This document shows positions 51,125 to 60,842 of a stretch of 64,000 nucleotides of DNA, piece by piece. The translations under genes were made by a program, and so were the position numbers. This stretch comes from Candidatus Daviesbacteria bacterium RIFCSPLOWO2_01_FULL_39_23 (GTDB taxonomy: Bacteria; Patescibacteriota; Microgenomatia; Daviesbacterales; UBA10151): NCBI GenBank assembly GCA_001776935.1, contig MFDN01000001.1, positions 101,449 through 165,448 on the forward strand, read 5' to 3'. Position 1 is the first letter of the stretch. Each line of letters opens with the position of its first letter. Below the pieces are notes generated by a model. It saw only the letters and a program-made list of their open reading frames with translations. It was not told the DNA's origin and did no database searches.

Positions 51125-52162
51125 TTAATATGATTGGTATATATAAGACTGAATTTTATCAAACTCTCTGATGCTGTCTTTTCTTGAAAATGCGTGTTTT
51201 TTTAGGTTGTTTTTTCCGGAAGGAGGTAGGATAAGATTATAAACCTTTTTTGCAAAACCTAAGCTGTATTTATTTACTGCTCTTTGTATGCTCAGGAAAG
51301 ATATTCTAAGAAAAGGTATATACATAAACGAGTTAGCAAGGTATAAGTTTACAGCCAACAGAATTTTTTCTTTTGCTTCTGTTTGCGGGATTCTTTCTTT
51401 TTTTGCAAGGTGTTTTGCTATCACATCTAACCATACTCTATATTGTTTTGTGTATTTTGCCTTGCAGCAAATAACATCCAAATCATCGGTATAAGTACTG
51501 GCCGAGTTTGGTGTTTTCTCGCGGGCGCAATAAAAAATTGGTAAAGTTTTAGATTTACCGTTTATACATAAAATTATTGCCTGAAATATTTCTACCAGAT
51601 TATCATTTTTAATTTCGGGGTATTCTGCCAAATAATTAAAAACTTGTTTTATATCAGAAGTTTTTGTCACAGCGTATAGAAGTTGCATATAGCTTGATAG
51701 CAGTTGAGTCACTCTTTCTGAGGGTCTATTTGAGTTTATGTCCAAATCTACGCTGGCAAGATAAAAAGGGTATACGGAAATATTTTCTTTATTTCGGTTT
51801 TCAAAAAAAACATAATGCCCGTGAGCGGAAGAATAATCAGGATTGTCTTCTAAGAAATTGAGACATTTTTGAATAGCGTCGGGAATTACAAAATCATCAT
51901 CAGCGCAAAATAAAACGTATTCTGTTTTAACATGTTTATAAATTAACGGGAGTTTTTTTGCATAAGGATAATTTGGATAATGAAAATATTTAACATTCCT
52001 ATAATTTTTTACAAAAGGGAATGAAGCAGTTGTGGAATCGGCAACCAGTATAGGGAAAGCACAATTCGAATAATAGTCAAGCAACCTTTTAAGCTGTCGG
52101 TGTCGATTATAAGTTGGAATAAGTATGGTTACGTTTCCAGATATTTTTTTCTTCTTAGGCAT
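51125..52162 (-). CDS. GT2-like glycosyltransferase
   Basis: TILIPTYNRHRQLKRLLDYY...FPILVADS and a DxD motif (CADDDF). Confidence 0.5.
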   Translation of the reverse strand: MPKKKKISGNVTILIPTYNRHRQLKRLLDYYSNCAFPILVADSTTASFPFVKNYRNVKYFHYPNYPYAKKLPLIYKHVKTEYVLFCADDDFVIPDAIQKCLNFLEDNPDYSSAHGHYVFFENRNKENISVYPFYLASVDLDINSNRPSERVTQLLSSYMQLLYAVTKTSDIKQVFNYLAEYPEIKNDNLVEIFQAIILCINGKSKTLPIFYCAREKTPNSASTYTDDLDVICCKAKYTKQYRVWLDVIAKHLAKKERIPQTEAKEKILLAVNLYLANSFMYIPFLRISFLSIQRAVNKYSLGFAKKVYNLILPPSGKNNLKKHAFSRKDSIREFDKIQSYIYQSY

Positions 52163-53129
52163 GATAGCCCTCCAAAATTTTTTTGTAAAAATTTAGATTG
52201 CCGGCTTGTTCTGCAATAGTGCAAAGGAGGGTTATCTTTGCAGTGTAGTTTTGTTTGCTGTCCAAAAAGGCTTTTACCTGTTTATAAAGCCCCGGTTTAA
52301 AATCAATATCTACCTGGTTATCAAGGCTTACTTCCGAAATCTCAAAACTACCTTTCTTTTGCACCTGCAGCTTCTCAAGAGGTTTCAATATCAGTCGCTT
52401 ATTTTTTGTAAGTATTTCAATACCCCATCTGCCCGGGGCTTCCCAGTTTGCCTGATATGAAAATATTGCGTTATTTTCAGTAATACCGGCTCCGGCAAAA
52501 ACAGATGCTTTAGGATGCCAAGGTAGTCTGCCTTTTATATAAGCAGAGAATATTTTTGGTTGTCCTCCTAGAAAAAATGCCAAGTCGATTACGTGTGAGG
52601 AATTATGCATAAGCCAGTTTTCTTTAACGCCTGGAGCCTTTTTTAAAGGGGTGATTCTGTCGGCAATTTCCGTAAATTCAAAGTGTAAAGATAATACGCC
52701 TCCATCTTTTTTTATTATCTCCCTTGCTTCTGCAACTGAGGAGTAGAAGCGTCTATTATAAGCAACGAAAATTTTTGTTTTGGAGACCCCGGCTTTTGTT
52801 GCGACTGTTTTGATGTCTTCAAAACTTGAGCCGCCCGGCTTCTCAATCAGTATAGATTTTACGCCATATTGTATCAGTTTGATTGCGACAGTACCTAGCT
52901 GGTCTTCGCTGACTGCAATTATTGCTTCTTGAATTGGGAAATTGTTTTTAGACAAATAGTCTTCCAGCCCACCGATAGAAGGCTTTATGCCAGTTGTTTT
53001 TTCAAATTGCGTTGCTGATTGTTTGCCCCGTCCGACTACGACAAATTCTTTTCGTAACTTTTTTAGGACTTTGGCATATTCAATGGCCATTGGTCCGGCT
53101 CCTGCCAGCAAAATCGTTTGCTTGTTCAT
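52155..53129 (-). CDS. Gfo/Idh/MocA-family oxidoreductase
   Basis: Rossmann N-terminus, family-typical length, and an 8-nt overlap with the neighbouring gene. Confidence 0.55.
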   Translation of the reverse strand: MNKQTILLAGAGPMAIEYAKVLKKLRKEFVVVGRGKQSATQFEKTTGIKPSIGGLEDYLSKNNFPIQEAIIAVSEDQLGTVAIKLIQYGVKSILIEKPGGSSFEDIKTVATKAGVSKTKIFVAYNRRFYSSVAEAREIIKKDGGVLSLHFEFTEIADRITPLKKAPGVKENWLMHNSSHVIDLAFFLGGQPKIFSAYIKGRLPWHPKASVFAGAGITENNAIFSYQANWEAPGRWGIEILTKNKRLILKPLEKLQVQKKGSFEISEVSLDNQVDIDFKPGLYKQVKAFLDSKQNYTAKITLLCTIAEQAGNLNFYKKILEGYHA

Positions 53130-53133
53130 AATT

Positions 53134-54105
53134 TTATGTAAACGGATAGAGTGTGAATTTTTTAGCTGCTGATTTATTTAGAAATTTATGCAATTGATTA
53201 AGCAGTGTTAAGTGAATCTTTGAGGCTTCATCGTAAGAAGCAAGACCGCATGTTCCGTTTTTAAATATTTTCTCAGCCACGATATTTGTTAATCCGCTTT
53301 GGAAGGGGAGATTGGTTTCTGTTTCAGTCCATTTCCAGCCATTTTTCGATTGGGATATCCATGCTTTCTTTTCTGATTCCTTTGAAATGCATCGGTAGGT
53401 TTCGGATAAGACTTCAATTATATAAGGACTATCCCCCGAAGGATAACAGGTGAGTGATCCAAAGCTGCCGTTTTTAAAATGGATATTAAGGGTTCCGATT
53501 AATTCTAAAAATCCCGGCCGTTTACTTTCTATTGGTTTTGAATTAAGGCCTTTTGTATCAATCGTAAAATCATAGCAATCGGTCAAAAAGGCTATAAAAT
53601 CAATAAAATGAACAGCATTGGTAACAAGTCCCCATTGGCTTCCGGAAACGATTAAATGGATTTTTTTACTTCTTAATTGTTCTTTAATCTTTTGATAGAA
53701 GGGCATAATTCTCATGCTGAAATTAACCCATGCTTTAATTTTTTTCTTTTTTATTTGTTTTTTTATAGCTTTGTAGTCTTGGGCTTTTTGAAAAAGGATT
53801 TTTTCCAGTATTAAATATTTAACAGTGGAATTTTTCAATAATTCTTCCGTCACTTTTCTTCTGACATTTGAAGACGTTGCAATTATTGCCAGATCTATAT
53901 TTTTAGGTAAATCTTCCATTGTCTGCAAAAAATTTATTTCGTGGTTTAAAGAAGATGGAATTTGATCATAACGCTGACGGGCTGTTGATAAAGACTCTGC
54001 AGAAGGGTCAAAGACCGTGATTGAAAGCGGGGAAGTAATTTTTTTTAAACCCTGCAAATGTCTTGAGCCAATATTACCAGCCCCAATAATGCAAATTCTT
54101 TTCAT
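53134..54105 (-). CDS. Gfo/Idh/MocA-family oxidoreductase
   Basis: MKRICIIGAGNIGSRHL. Confidence 0.6.
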   Translation of the reverse strand: MKRICIIGAGNIGSRHLQGLKKITSPLSITVFDPSAESLSTARQRYDQIPSSLNHEINFLQTMEDLPKNIDLAIIATSSNVRRKVTEELLKNSTVKYLILEKILFQKAQDYKAIKKQIKKKKIKAWVNFSMRIMPFYQKIKEQLRSKKIHLIVSGSQWGLVTNAVHFIDFIAFLTDCYDFTIDTKGLNSKPIESKRPGFLELIGTLNIHFKNGSFGSLTCYPSGDSPYIIEVLSETYRCISKESEKKAWISQSKNGWKWTETETNLPFQSGLTNIVAEKIFKNGTCGLASYDEASKIHLTLLNQLHKFLNKSAAKKFTLYPFT

Positions 54106-54111
54106 AACGAC

Positions 54112-54139
54112 AGTATATCGTAATTATTAATGTTTGCAA
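54112..54139 (-). promoter_or_regulatory. Candidate promoter for the minus-strand operon starting at 54105 (near-leaderless)
   Basis: On the minus strand, TTGCAA-N16-TATACT ends 6 nt before the ATG. Confidence 0.35.
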
Positions 54140-54147
54140 GATTACAC

Positions 54148-54175
54148 TTGCTTCTTGTAACGCAAGCGTTATAAT
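54148..54175 (+). promoter_or_regulatory. Candidate promoter for the plus-strand operon starting at 54193
   Basis: TTGCTT-N16-TATAAT lies 17 nt upstream of the ATG. It is embedded in a small GCAAG/CTTGC palindromic cluster. Confidence 0.35.
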
Positions 54176-54192
54176 AAAATTTAAATCTTAAG

Positions 54193-55272
54193 ATGAGTAA
54201 ACAGAAAAATTCATTACCCCCGATTATTTTAGATGATGTGCAGCAAATCTGTACAAATGCAGCTTGGGCGTTAAAACGTCTGGAAGGAAAGACTATTTTA
54301 ATTGCTGGAGCTGCAGGTTTTCTGCCCAGTTATTTTGTGCATACACTAGCTTATGCAAACCTGGAAATGCTTAAGCGCCCCTGTAAAGTTATATGCCTCG
54401 ATAATTTTCGTACAGGAAAAGCAGAAAGACTGCTCCCCTGGAAGGGACATAAAAATATCAAATTTCTGACAAAAGATATCATTAAGCCGTTAAACATAAA
54501 AGATGACATTGATTACATTATACATGGTGCAAGCATTGCTTCTCCTGTCTGGTATCGTAAATTCCCCCTGGAAACAATAGATGCTAATGTGATTGGAACA
54601 CGAAGACTGCTTGATCTAGCCCGGGTACAAAAATCAGCGGGTTTTTTATACCTTTCATCAAGCGAGATTTATGGCGATCCGCTCAAACAATTTATTCCCA
54701 CGTCTGAAGACTATTGGGGGAATGTATCTTCTACGGGTCCCAGGGCATGTTATGATGAATCAAAGCGTTTGGCAGAAACATTGTGTATGACATATTATCG
54801 GCAATTTGATGTGCCGGTTAAAATAATAAGACCTTTTAATGTATATGGACCGGGGTTGCGTTTAGACGATGGACGGGTAGTACCGGATTTTATTAAAAAT
54901 GCACTTGAGAAAAAAACAATTACAATTTTTAGTAATGGTAAGGTGACCCGCAGTTTTTGTTATGTTACCGATGCTATAAGTGCAATGATTATGTTATTAA
55001 CCAACGATAAAGCAGACGGAGAAGCGTTTAATGTTGGCAATGATGAAGAAGTAACTATCTTTAAGCTGGCTAAAACAGTTGATGAAGTTGTCGGCAACAA
55101 AGAAGGAGTTAATTTTGTGGAAAATTCGGACAAAGCTTATCTTAAAGATAATCCGCAGAGACGTGTTCCAAATCTTGGTAAAATCCAAAAAACAATCGAC
55201 TGGACTCCAAGAATTCCTCTTGCCGAAGGCCTAAGGCGCACAATTTGTTTTTACAAAGGAGATAAAGAATGA
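54193..55272 (+). CDS. UDP-glucuronate decarboxylase-like SDR, paralog 2 (degenerate glycine-rich loop)
   Basis: YLSSSEIYGDP, ACYDESKRLAETLC and RPFNVYGPGL are present, but the NAD loop is GAAGFLP instead of GxxGxxG. Confidence 0.6.
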   Translation: MSKQKNSLPPIILDDVQQICTNAAWALKRLEGKTILIAGAAGFLPSYFVHTLAYANLEMLKRPCKVICLDNFRTGKAERLLPWKGHKNIKFLTKDIIKPLNIKDDIDYIIHGASIASPVWYRKFPLETIDANVIGTRRLLDLARVQKSAGFLYLSSSEIYGDPLKQFIPTSEDYWGNVSSTGPRACYDESKRLAETLCMTYYRQFDVPVKIIRPFNVYGPGLRLDDGRVVPDFIKNALEKKTITIFSNGKVTRSFCYVTDAISAMIMLLTNDKADGEAFNVGNDEEVTIFKLAKTVDEVVGNKEGVNFVENSDKAYLKDNPQRRVPNLGKIQKTIDWTPRIPLAEGLRRTICFYKGDKE

Positions 55273-56624
55273 AAGTAGGAATAATTGGTTGTGGATATGT
55301 GGGGCTGGTCACAGGAGTGGGTTTTGCCTTAAAAGGTCACAAGGTTACCTCTGTGGAGATAGATAAGTCCAGGGTTGGGCAGCTTACAAAAGGGATTGTC
55401 CCTTTTCATGAGCCGGGAGTTCAAAAGGGACTAAAGTCAGTTTTAAAACAGGGTAATATAAGGATTTCCAGCTCAATGGATGATATAGCAGATTGCGAGG
55501 TAATCTTAATTTGTGTTCAGACGCCCCCGCAGCCGGATGGAGTTATTAATTTACAAATACTTGAATCAGCTACCCGTAATCTTGTATCCGTATTGGAGCA
55601 GAGCCCACGTTTGCGGACAGTAGTTGTTCGCAGTACAGTTATTCCCGGTACCACAGATAAGCTTGTGGCTCCTATTTTGCAAGGTAACTCTTCAGCGCTT
55701 GCTAAAAAAACAGCAATAGCGTTTAATCCGGAATTTCTCAGGGAAGGATCTGCGTTACAGGATTTTCTGAATCCGGACCGGATAGTAATAGGGACAAAAT
55801 CGGGTATGGCAAAAAAGATGCTCAAAAAACTCTTTTTGCCGTTTAAGGCCTCTATTGTCTGGACTACTCCTTCTACAGCCGAACTTGCCAAGTATGCCTC
55901 CAATACATTGTTAGCGACTCTTATTTCTTTTTCAAATGAAATAGCCAGAGTATGCGAACGAACACCTGACACTGATGTTGAAGATGTGTTGGGAGTGGTA
56001 CATCGGGATCGGCGGTTCAGTTTTCCTGAGGGTAAAGGTTCATTAACGGCAGGTATTCTTTCTTATCTAAAGGCAGGTTGTGGATTTGGAGGAAGTTGTT
56101 TGCCAAAAGATTTGTCTGCGCTTATTGCTTACGCGCGCTCGGTAGATCAGGAAACCCCTCTTTTACAGGCAGTTGCAACAGTAAATGTCGGGCAATCTCT
56201 TAGGATTATAGATATGGTTTCAAAGGCTCTCGGAGGATTAGAAAAGCGCAAGGTTGCTGTATTGGGAGTAGCCTTCAAGGGTGGAACCGATGACTTACGT
56301 GAATCGCCGGGTTTGCGGATAGTAGATGCATTATTAAGTAAACAGGCTCAGGTTTTTATATACGATCCATTAGTAAAACCGGTTGCACTTGAAGGATATA
56401 AAAATAAAAGAGTTACTATTGCATCGAAATTGATGGAAGCTTTGCAATACGCAGATGCCTGTATTGTAACATCGAACTCTCCCGAATTTAAAACACTTAG
56501 GCGTTGGATGAAGCAAGAAAAAAATAATCATAAAGTTATCATTGACGGGCGCCGTATCCTAAAAGTATCAGGGGATTTGGAGAGTAATTACTACGCAATA
56601 GGAAGGGCGAGAAAGCCGGTATAA
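55269..56624 (+). CDS. ugd: UDP-glucose 6-dehydrogenase (UDP-glucose/GDP-mannose dehydrogenase family)
   Basis: MKVGIIGCGYVGLVTGVGFA and GFGGSCLPKD. It is coupled to the UXS-like gene by an ATGA overlap. Confidence 0.75.
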   Translation: MKVGIIGCGYVGLVTGVGFALKGHKVTSVEIDKSRVGQLTKGIVPFHEPGVQKGLKSVLKQGNIRISSSMDDIADCEVILICVQTPPQPDGVINLQILESATRNLVSVLEQSPRLRTVVVRSTVIPGTTDKLVAPILQGNSSALAKKTAIAFNPEFLREGSALQDFLNPDRIVIGTKSGMAKKMLKKLFLPFKASIVWTTPSTAELAKYASNTLLATLISFSNEIARVCERTPDTDVEDVLGVVHRDRRFSFPEGKGSLTAGILSYLKAGCGFGGSCLPKDLSALIAYARSVDQETPLLQAVATVNVGQSLRIIDMVSKALGGLEKRKVAVLGVAFKGGTDDLRESPGLRIVDALLSKQAQVFIYDPLVKPVALEGYKNKRVTIASKLMEALQYADACIVTSNSPEFKTLRRWMKQEKNNHKVIIDGRRILKVSGDLESNYYAIGRARKPV

Positions 56625-56633
56625 GTGATGGGT

Positions 56634-56661
56634 TTACAATTATTGAGTATCATTGTATACT
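56634..56661 (+). promoter_or_regulatory. Candidate internal promoter upstream of the DegT-family gene
   Basis: TTACAA-N16-TATACT ends 10 nt before the ATG at 56672. Confidence 0.3.
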
Positions 56662-56671
56662 TTTTCCCAAT

Positions 56672-57895
56672 ATGAAGAGTTCCGCTTCCGACAAAAAAGA
56701 CTCATTAAGACTTACTACCGCCATAGCGTTACATGGCAAAGAGGAGGAAGAAAGAGTGCTTAAAGTATTAAGAGAACACAGAACAATAATGGGTCGGGAG
56801 ATTGAGGAATTCGAGAGAAGGCTTGCAAAGATCTTTGAAAAAGAATACGGCATTATGGTAAATTCCGGATCTTCTGCAAACCTTCTGGCTATAGAACTTT
56901 TAAATCTTCCGCCTGGGACTGAAGTCATTACCCCTATTTTGACTTTTTCTACAACAGTTGCCCCCCTTATTCAAAAGGGACTGGTTCCTGTCTTTGTTGA
57001 TGTGCTGGACGGGAAGTATGTTATAGATGCAGATAAGGTGGAAGCTGCAATTAGTAAAAAAACAAAAGCATTAATGGTCCCTATCCTAATGGGGAATGTT
57101 CCGAATCTGGAAAAATTACAAAAAATAGCTAAGAAACACAACCTTTATTATATAGATGATTCCTGTGATGCAATTACGTCACTTTATAAAGGAAAATCCT
57201 CAGGGGCTTACTCCGACATTTCGACAACAAGTGTATATGGTTCACATGTCATTACTGCAGGCGGTAATGGAGGTGTGGTGATGGTAAACAAGGAAGAATT
57301 GAGGGATAAGGCTAAGGTTTTAAGGGGGTGGGGGAGAAGTTCAGCGATTTTCTCTGAATCGGAAAAAATTGAATACCGTTTCTCCAGCAAAATTGGCAAT
57401 ATTCCTTATGATGGAAAATATATTTTCGAAGAAATAGGATATAATTTTCTCCCCATGGAACTAGGAGCTGCATTTGGCAATGCCCAGCTTGATAAGCTCA
57501 AATTGTTTATAAAAATAAGAGAAAGAAATGCAAAGATATTAAGTAAATTGTTTGGTCAGTATCCTGATTTATTTATTGTGCCGATAGAAGACGAACAGGC
57601 AAGACCGCAGCGCCAGGTTTTTCCTGTAACGATTAAAAAAGGCGCTCCGTTTACCAGACTTGAATTGGTGACTTTCTTGGAAAAAGAAAATGTGCAGACA
57701 AGACCAATCTTTACAGGCAATATCTTAAAACAGCCCGGATTTAAAAATATTACCCACCGCGATACCCAAAAGGATTACGAGGTGACAGATAATATTATGG
57801 AACGCGGATTCATTATAGGAGTTCATCAGGGATTAACTTTAGATCATTTAGACAAGTTGAGTAATTTGCTTCATAAATTCATCAAGCAATTTTAA
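56672..57895 (+). CDS. DegT/DnrJ/EryC1/StrS-family PLP-dependent sugar aminotransferase (or E1-type 3-dehydratase)
   Basis: 407 aa with family-typical length and composition. Context: an FdtA-like ketoisomerase and a CDP-4-keto-6-deoxyhexose pathway are nearby. Confidence 0.55.
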   Translation: MKSSASDKKDSLRLTTAIALHGKEEEERVLKVLREHRTIMGREIEEFERRLAKIFEKEYGIMVNSGSSANLLAIELLNLPPGTEVITPILTFSTTVAPLIQKGLVPVFVDVLDGKYVIDADKVEAAISKKTKALMVPILMGNVPNLEKLQKIAKKHNLYYIDDSCDAITSLYKGKSSGAYSDISTTSVYGSHVITAGGNGGVVMVNKEELRDKAKVLRGWGRSSAIFSESEKIEYRFSSKIGNIPYDGKYIFEEIGYNFLPMELGAAFGNAQLDKLKLFIKIRERNAKILSKLFGQYPDLFIVPIEDEQARPQRQVFPVTIKKGAPFTRLELVTFLEKENVQTRPIFTGNILKQPGFKNITHRDTQKDYEVTDNIMERGFIIGVHQGLTLDHLDKLSNLLHKFIKQF

Positions 57896-59967
57896 TCTTG
57901 ACAGGAGATATTTATTTGTGTTGTTTTGGTTCTGTTTAGTAAGCTGCAGAGATTTGTATAAAAAACTTTAGAGCTGTTATTTTGTAATACTTCATTTATT
58001 ATTTTTTCAGCTTCCAAGAAATGTTTATTAAAGATTAACCCTTCTATGAAAGGTAGCCATTCGTTCGGATCCTTTGGCTGAAGATTATTTTCTGTTACCT
58101 CTTTTGTTAGCTGAGTTAGTTTACTCCAGTCCTGTAACTGTCTTGCAAGAGACGCCTTTTGAAAAAAATAACACCAATTATGGGAGGGTTCACGTCCAAA
58201 AATAACAGACGGTGGAGAAGTTTTGTTGTCCTTTTGGAGTAATTTATCAGCATCAGAATATTTGATGTTATTTATCAATAATTCATCTGAGCTGTCTGGA
58301 AATTCCAGCCGATTGCCATCCAAAATCCATAAACAGGACTGGTCATTGGGGGTAGAAATTATTACAGTATTTTTGAAATCTTTTACGTAGGTGATATTTC
58401 GGTCTTTAATGGAGTCAACAGCCTGATTCTTTATCTTCTCCGGTATGCCTATGTCCTGTAAAAAGTCGCCTCTAAAATGTTTTTGGGGTGAATCTTCGTA
58501 ATTAAAGAATAAGTTTCCCGGTGCCCATATTTGATAATCTACCCAATAAATTCTATGCCATTTAGTCTTATTGATAAGATTTTTAAATAAGCTTTGATTT
58601 ATATTGTCCGGAAAATAAAATATCAGCATAGCTTCATCTCTTATTTTGGGAGAACGCCAGTATAGCTGCCACCAAATATTTTTTTGTTTATCCCAATTTA
58701 AAGAAAAAAGGAAGCTATTGGTAATATGGGTTGTGACAGATAATGCTACGAGGGATATTATAATTACCTTTCGCAAAGGGGATGAGATTTTATATAATAA
58801 GAACCCTATTAAGAAAAAAGATGCTCCAGCTATGCTGGTAATAGTATAGCGGTCAAAAGCATAAAACAATCTGACGTAACGTCCTGAAATAATTATTGGT
58901 ATAAGTGCTCCTGTTACAGTGATTAATCCAATAATTAGAAGCTGTTTGCCCAACATCTTTACAGACAGGGAGTTATCAAGGTTTTGGTCTTTTTTCCATT
59001 TATCAGCCGTCTTAAAATAAAGATAAAGCAATAAGGCAGCAATAGCACCTAATGATAAAGCAATAACAGATGCATTCAAAGGTATGCGGGGGATTCTTAT
59101 AAGAATCGGGAGAAAATACGAGAGTGCTATGGTTGAAAATCCACTGTAGAGTACTTCCAGGGGTATTTTGGCAATCCATAAAGGATTTGAGTAATATGTT
59201 TGCATTACCCAATTAATATCTGTTTCCGGACGGATGCTTTTAAATATGAGAATACGCCATAATAAAAATATCCCCATGCTGGTGACATAAGGACTCCAAT
59301 ATTTCCAGTATGACAATATTTTTCTGAATGTATTAAGAGAAAGAAAGTTAAAGTTAACTTTTAGAACATACATTATCAGTAATATTCTGAGGATTTCTGT
59401 GCCTATGAAAAATTCCAGTAAGAAAAAGACACTGATTTGTAGTATTAGTGCGAAAAAAGTAAAAAGAAAAGCCTTAAGTTTTTTGTTTGCCTTTATGGCG
59501 AGTATGGTGAAAAATACAGAATAAGTCCACACTGTTAAAGTGAGTATCCATATACCAAACCCAAGTGGAAGTGGTTGTTCTAAGAAACCAGGATAAATTA
59601 GGAATAGTAATGTAATTGAAGTTATAACTGATAATTTGTCCGGCCAGAGTTTTTTAAGCAGATAGAACAAAGCATATCCTCCAAATAATCTGACAATAAA
59701 CATACAAATATGCCAGAGTAATACGTTATCCCCCAGTAATTGATATAAAAAAGCAAGCAAATATCCATGTGCCGGTCTGTCGATTATCAAACTTTCTATT
59801 AAGCCTTGTGAGCCATAGAAATGGGCGACATAACCAAAGAAGAAGTCATCGCTGTAAAAACCCAAATATGGGATAAGAGGAAAATAAGCCAAAAGACTCA
59901 AAACGGTAATTAATAACAACGAAATAGTTGTTGGATTTACGTGCCTTAAGGATTTTAGATTGGTCAT
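57892..59967 (-). CDS. Polytopic membrane protein with a C-terminal soluble domain, GT-C-like candidate
   Basis: 691 aa. The N-terminal loop YSDDFFFGY (acidic pair) lies between TM helices. It shares a TTAA stop with the convergent DegT gene. Confidence 0.45.
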   Translation of the reverse strand: MTNLKSLRHVNPTTISLLLITVLSLLAYFPLIPYLGFYSDDFFFGYVAHFYGSQGLIESLIIDRPAHGYLLAFLYQLLGDNVLLWHICMFIVRLFGGYALFYLLKKLWPDKLSVITSITLLFLIYPGFLEQPLPLGFGIWILTLTVWTYSVFFTILAIKANKKLKAFLFTFFALILQISVFFLLEFFIGTEILRILLIMYVLKVNFNFLSLNTFRKILSYWKYWSPYVTSMGIFLLWRILIFKSIRPETDINWVMQTYYSNPLWIAKIPLEVLYSGFSTIALSYFLPILIRIPRIPLNASVIALSLGAIAALLLYLYFKTADKWKKDQNLDNSLSVKMLGKQLLIIGLITVTGALIPIIISGRYVRLFYAFDRYTITSIAGASFFLIGFLLYKISSPLRKVIIISLVALSVTTHITNSFLFSLNWDKQKNIWWQLYWRSPKIRDEAMLIFYFPDNINQSLFKNLINKTKWHRIYWVDYQIWAPGNLFFNYEDSPQKHFRGDFLQDIGIPEKIKNQAVDSIKDRNITYVKDFKNTVIISTPNDQSCLWILDGNRLEFPDSSDELLINNIKYSDADKLLQKDNKTSPPSVIFGREPSHNWCYFFQKASLARQLQDWSKLTQLTKEVTENNLQPKDPNEWLPFIEGLIFNKHFLEAEKIINEVLQNNSSKVFYTNLCSLLNRTKTTQINISCQD

Positions 59968-59979
59968 TTCTTAATGATA

Positions 59980-60819
59980 TCAAATAATTTTGTTACTTTT
60001 TTTGTGTTTTAACAGACGGATATAGTCAGTAAGTTCTGTTAAAGCTGTTTTTCTTTGCTGGTTCCTCTTTTCTATAAATTTTGCCTTCGCTCCGCCTTCT
60101 TCTGTATTTTCATTTTGTTTTTGAGTGGGTGGATACGCAAATGGTATTTCTATGGTGAGAATCCTTAATCCAAAAGAAAGAGCTTTTACCAGGGGGAATG
60201 TTTGTGCCTCTGAATATTCTTCAAATAGAGAAGTAATAAGCTGATCATTTCGTAGAGCCACAGGACCAAAGGCTATATCCAGTATCTGGTTTGGAGGTAA
60301 TAATCCTGTCTTATGAAGCAGGTGATTGTATTTTTTGTTCCAAATTTTTTCTGAATCATACATATAACCGGGATAGCTTTGACGAAAATGGTTATCCTCC
60401 CTGTTAGGAACAACTATATCTGCTTCTCCGTTGATAATTGGTAACGCGATAGTTTGGGCAAACATTTCGACAATACTGATTTTTTCCGGCTCTGTCCGGA
60501 TAATCACTTTTACTCCATCCAGCTTTGCGGCTTTTTGGATAGCCAATTTTCTTCCCATGGCTCGCTGGGGGTTGTTTCTTGAAACGACGAGAACTTTAAG
60601 CTCTGATAGTTCCTGTTTAAATGCTTCTGAACTTGCGCCGTCAGCAATTACCAGTTGATAGCCCGCCATTTTTACTATTCGTACTAACTCTAAAGCAAGA
60701 TCTCCGCGAACCTTATCTGTGTCCCCGATATTTTCGAGAGGCCCGGGATACCAGTTAGGGTAAAGAGTAGTTGCTGCAATTGCTATTAATTCTGGATTTA
60801 CTCTAAGTACGGAATTCAT
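59980..60819 (-). CDS. Hypothetical soluble protein
   Basis: 279 aa with no recognisable motifs. It sits between the membrane GT and the GtrB-like gene. Confidence 0.4.
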   Translation of the reverse strand: MNSVLRVNPELIAIAATTLYPNWYPGPLENIGDTDKVRGDLALELVRIVKMAGYQLVIADGASSEAFKQELSELKVLVVSRNNPQRAMGRKLAIQKAAKLDGVKVIIRTEPEKISIVEMFAQTIALPIINGEADIVVPNREDNHFRQSYPGYMYDSEKIWNKKYNHLLHKTGLLPPNQILDIAFGPVALRNDQLITSLFEEYSEAQTFPLVKALSFGLRILTIEIPFAYPPTQKQNENTEEGGAKAKFIEKRNQQRKTALTELTDYIRLLKHKKSNKII

Positions 60820-60842
60820 AAGTAATGGCTGTAATGGAATGA

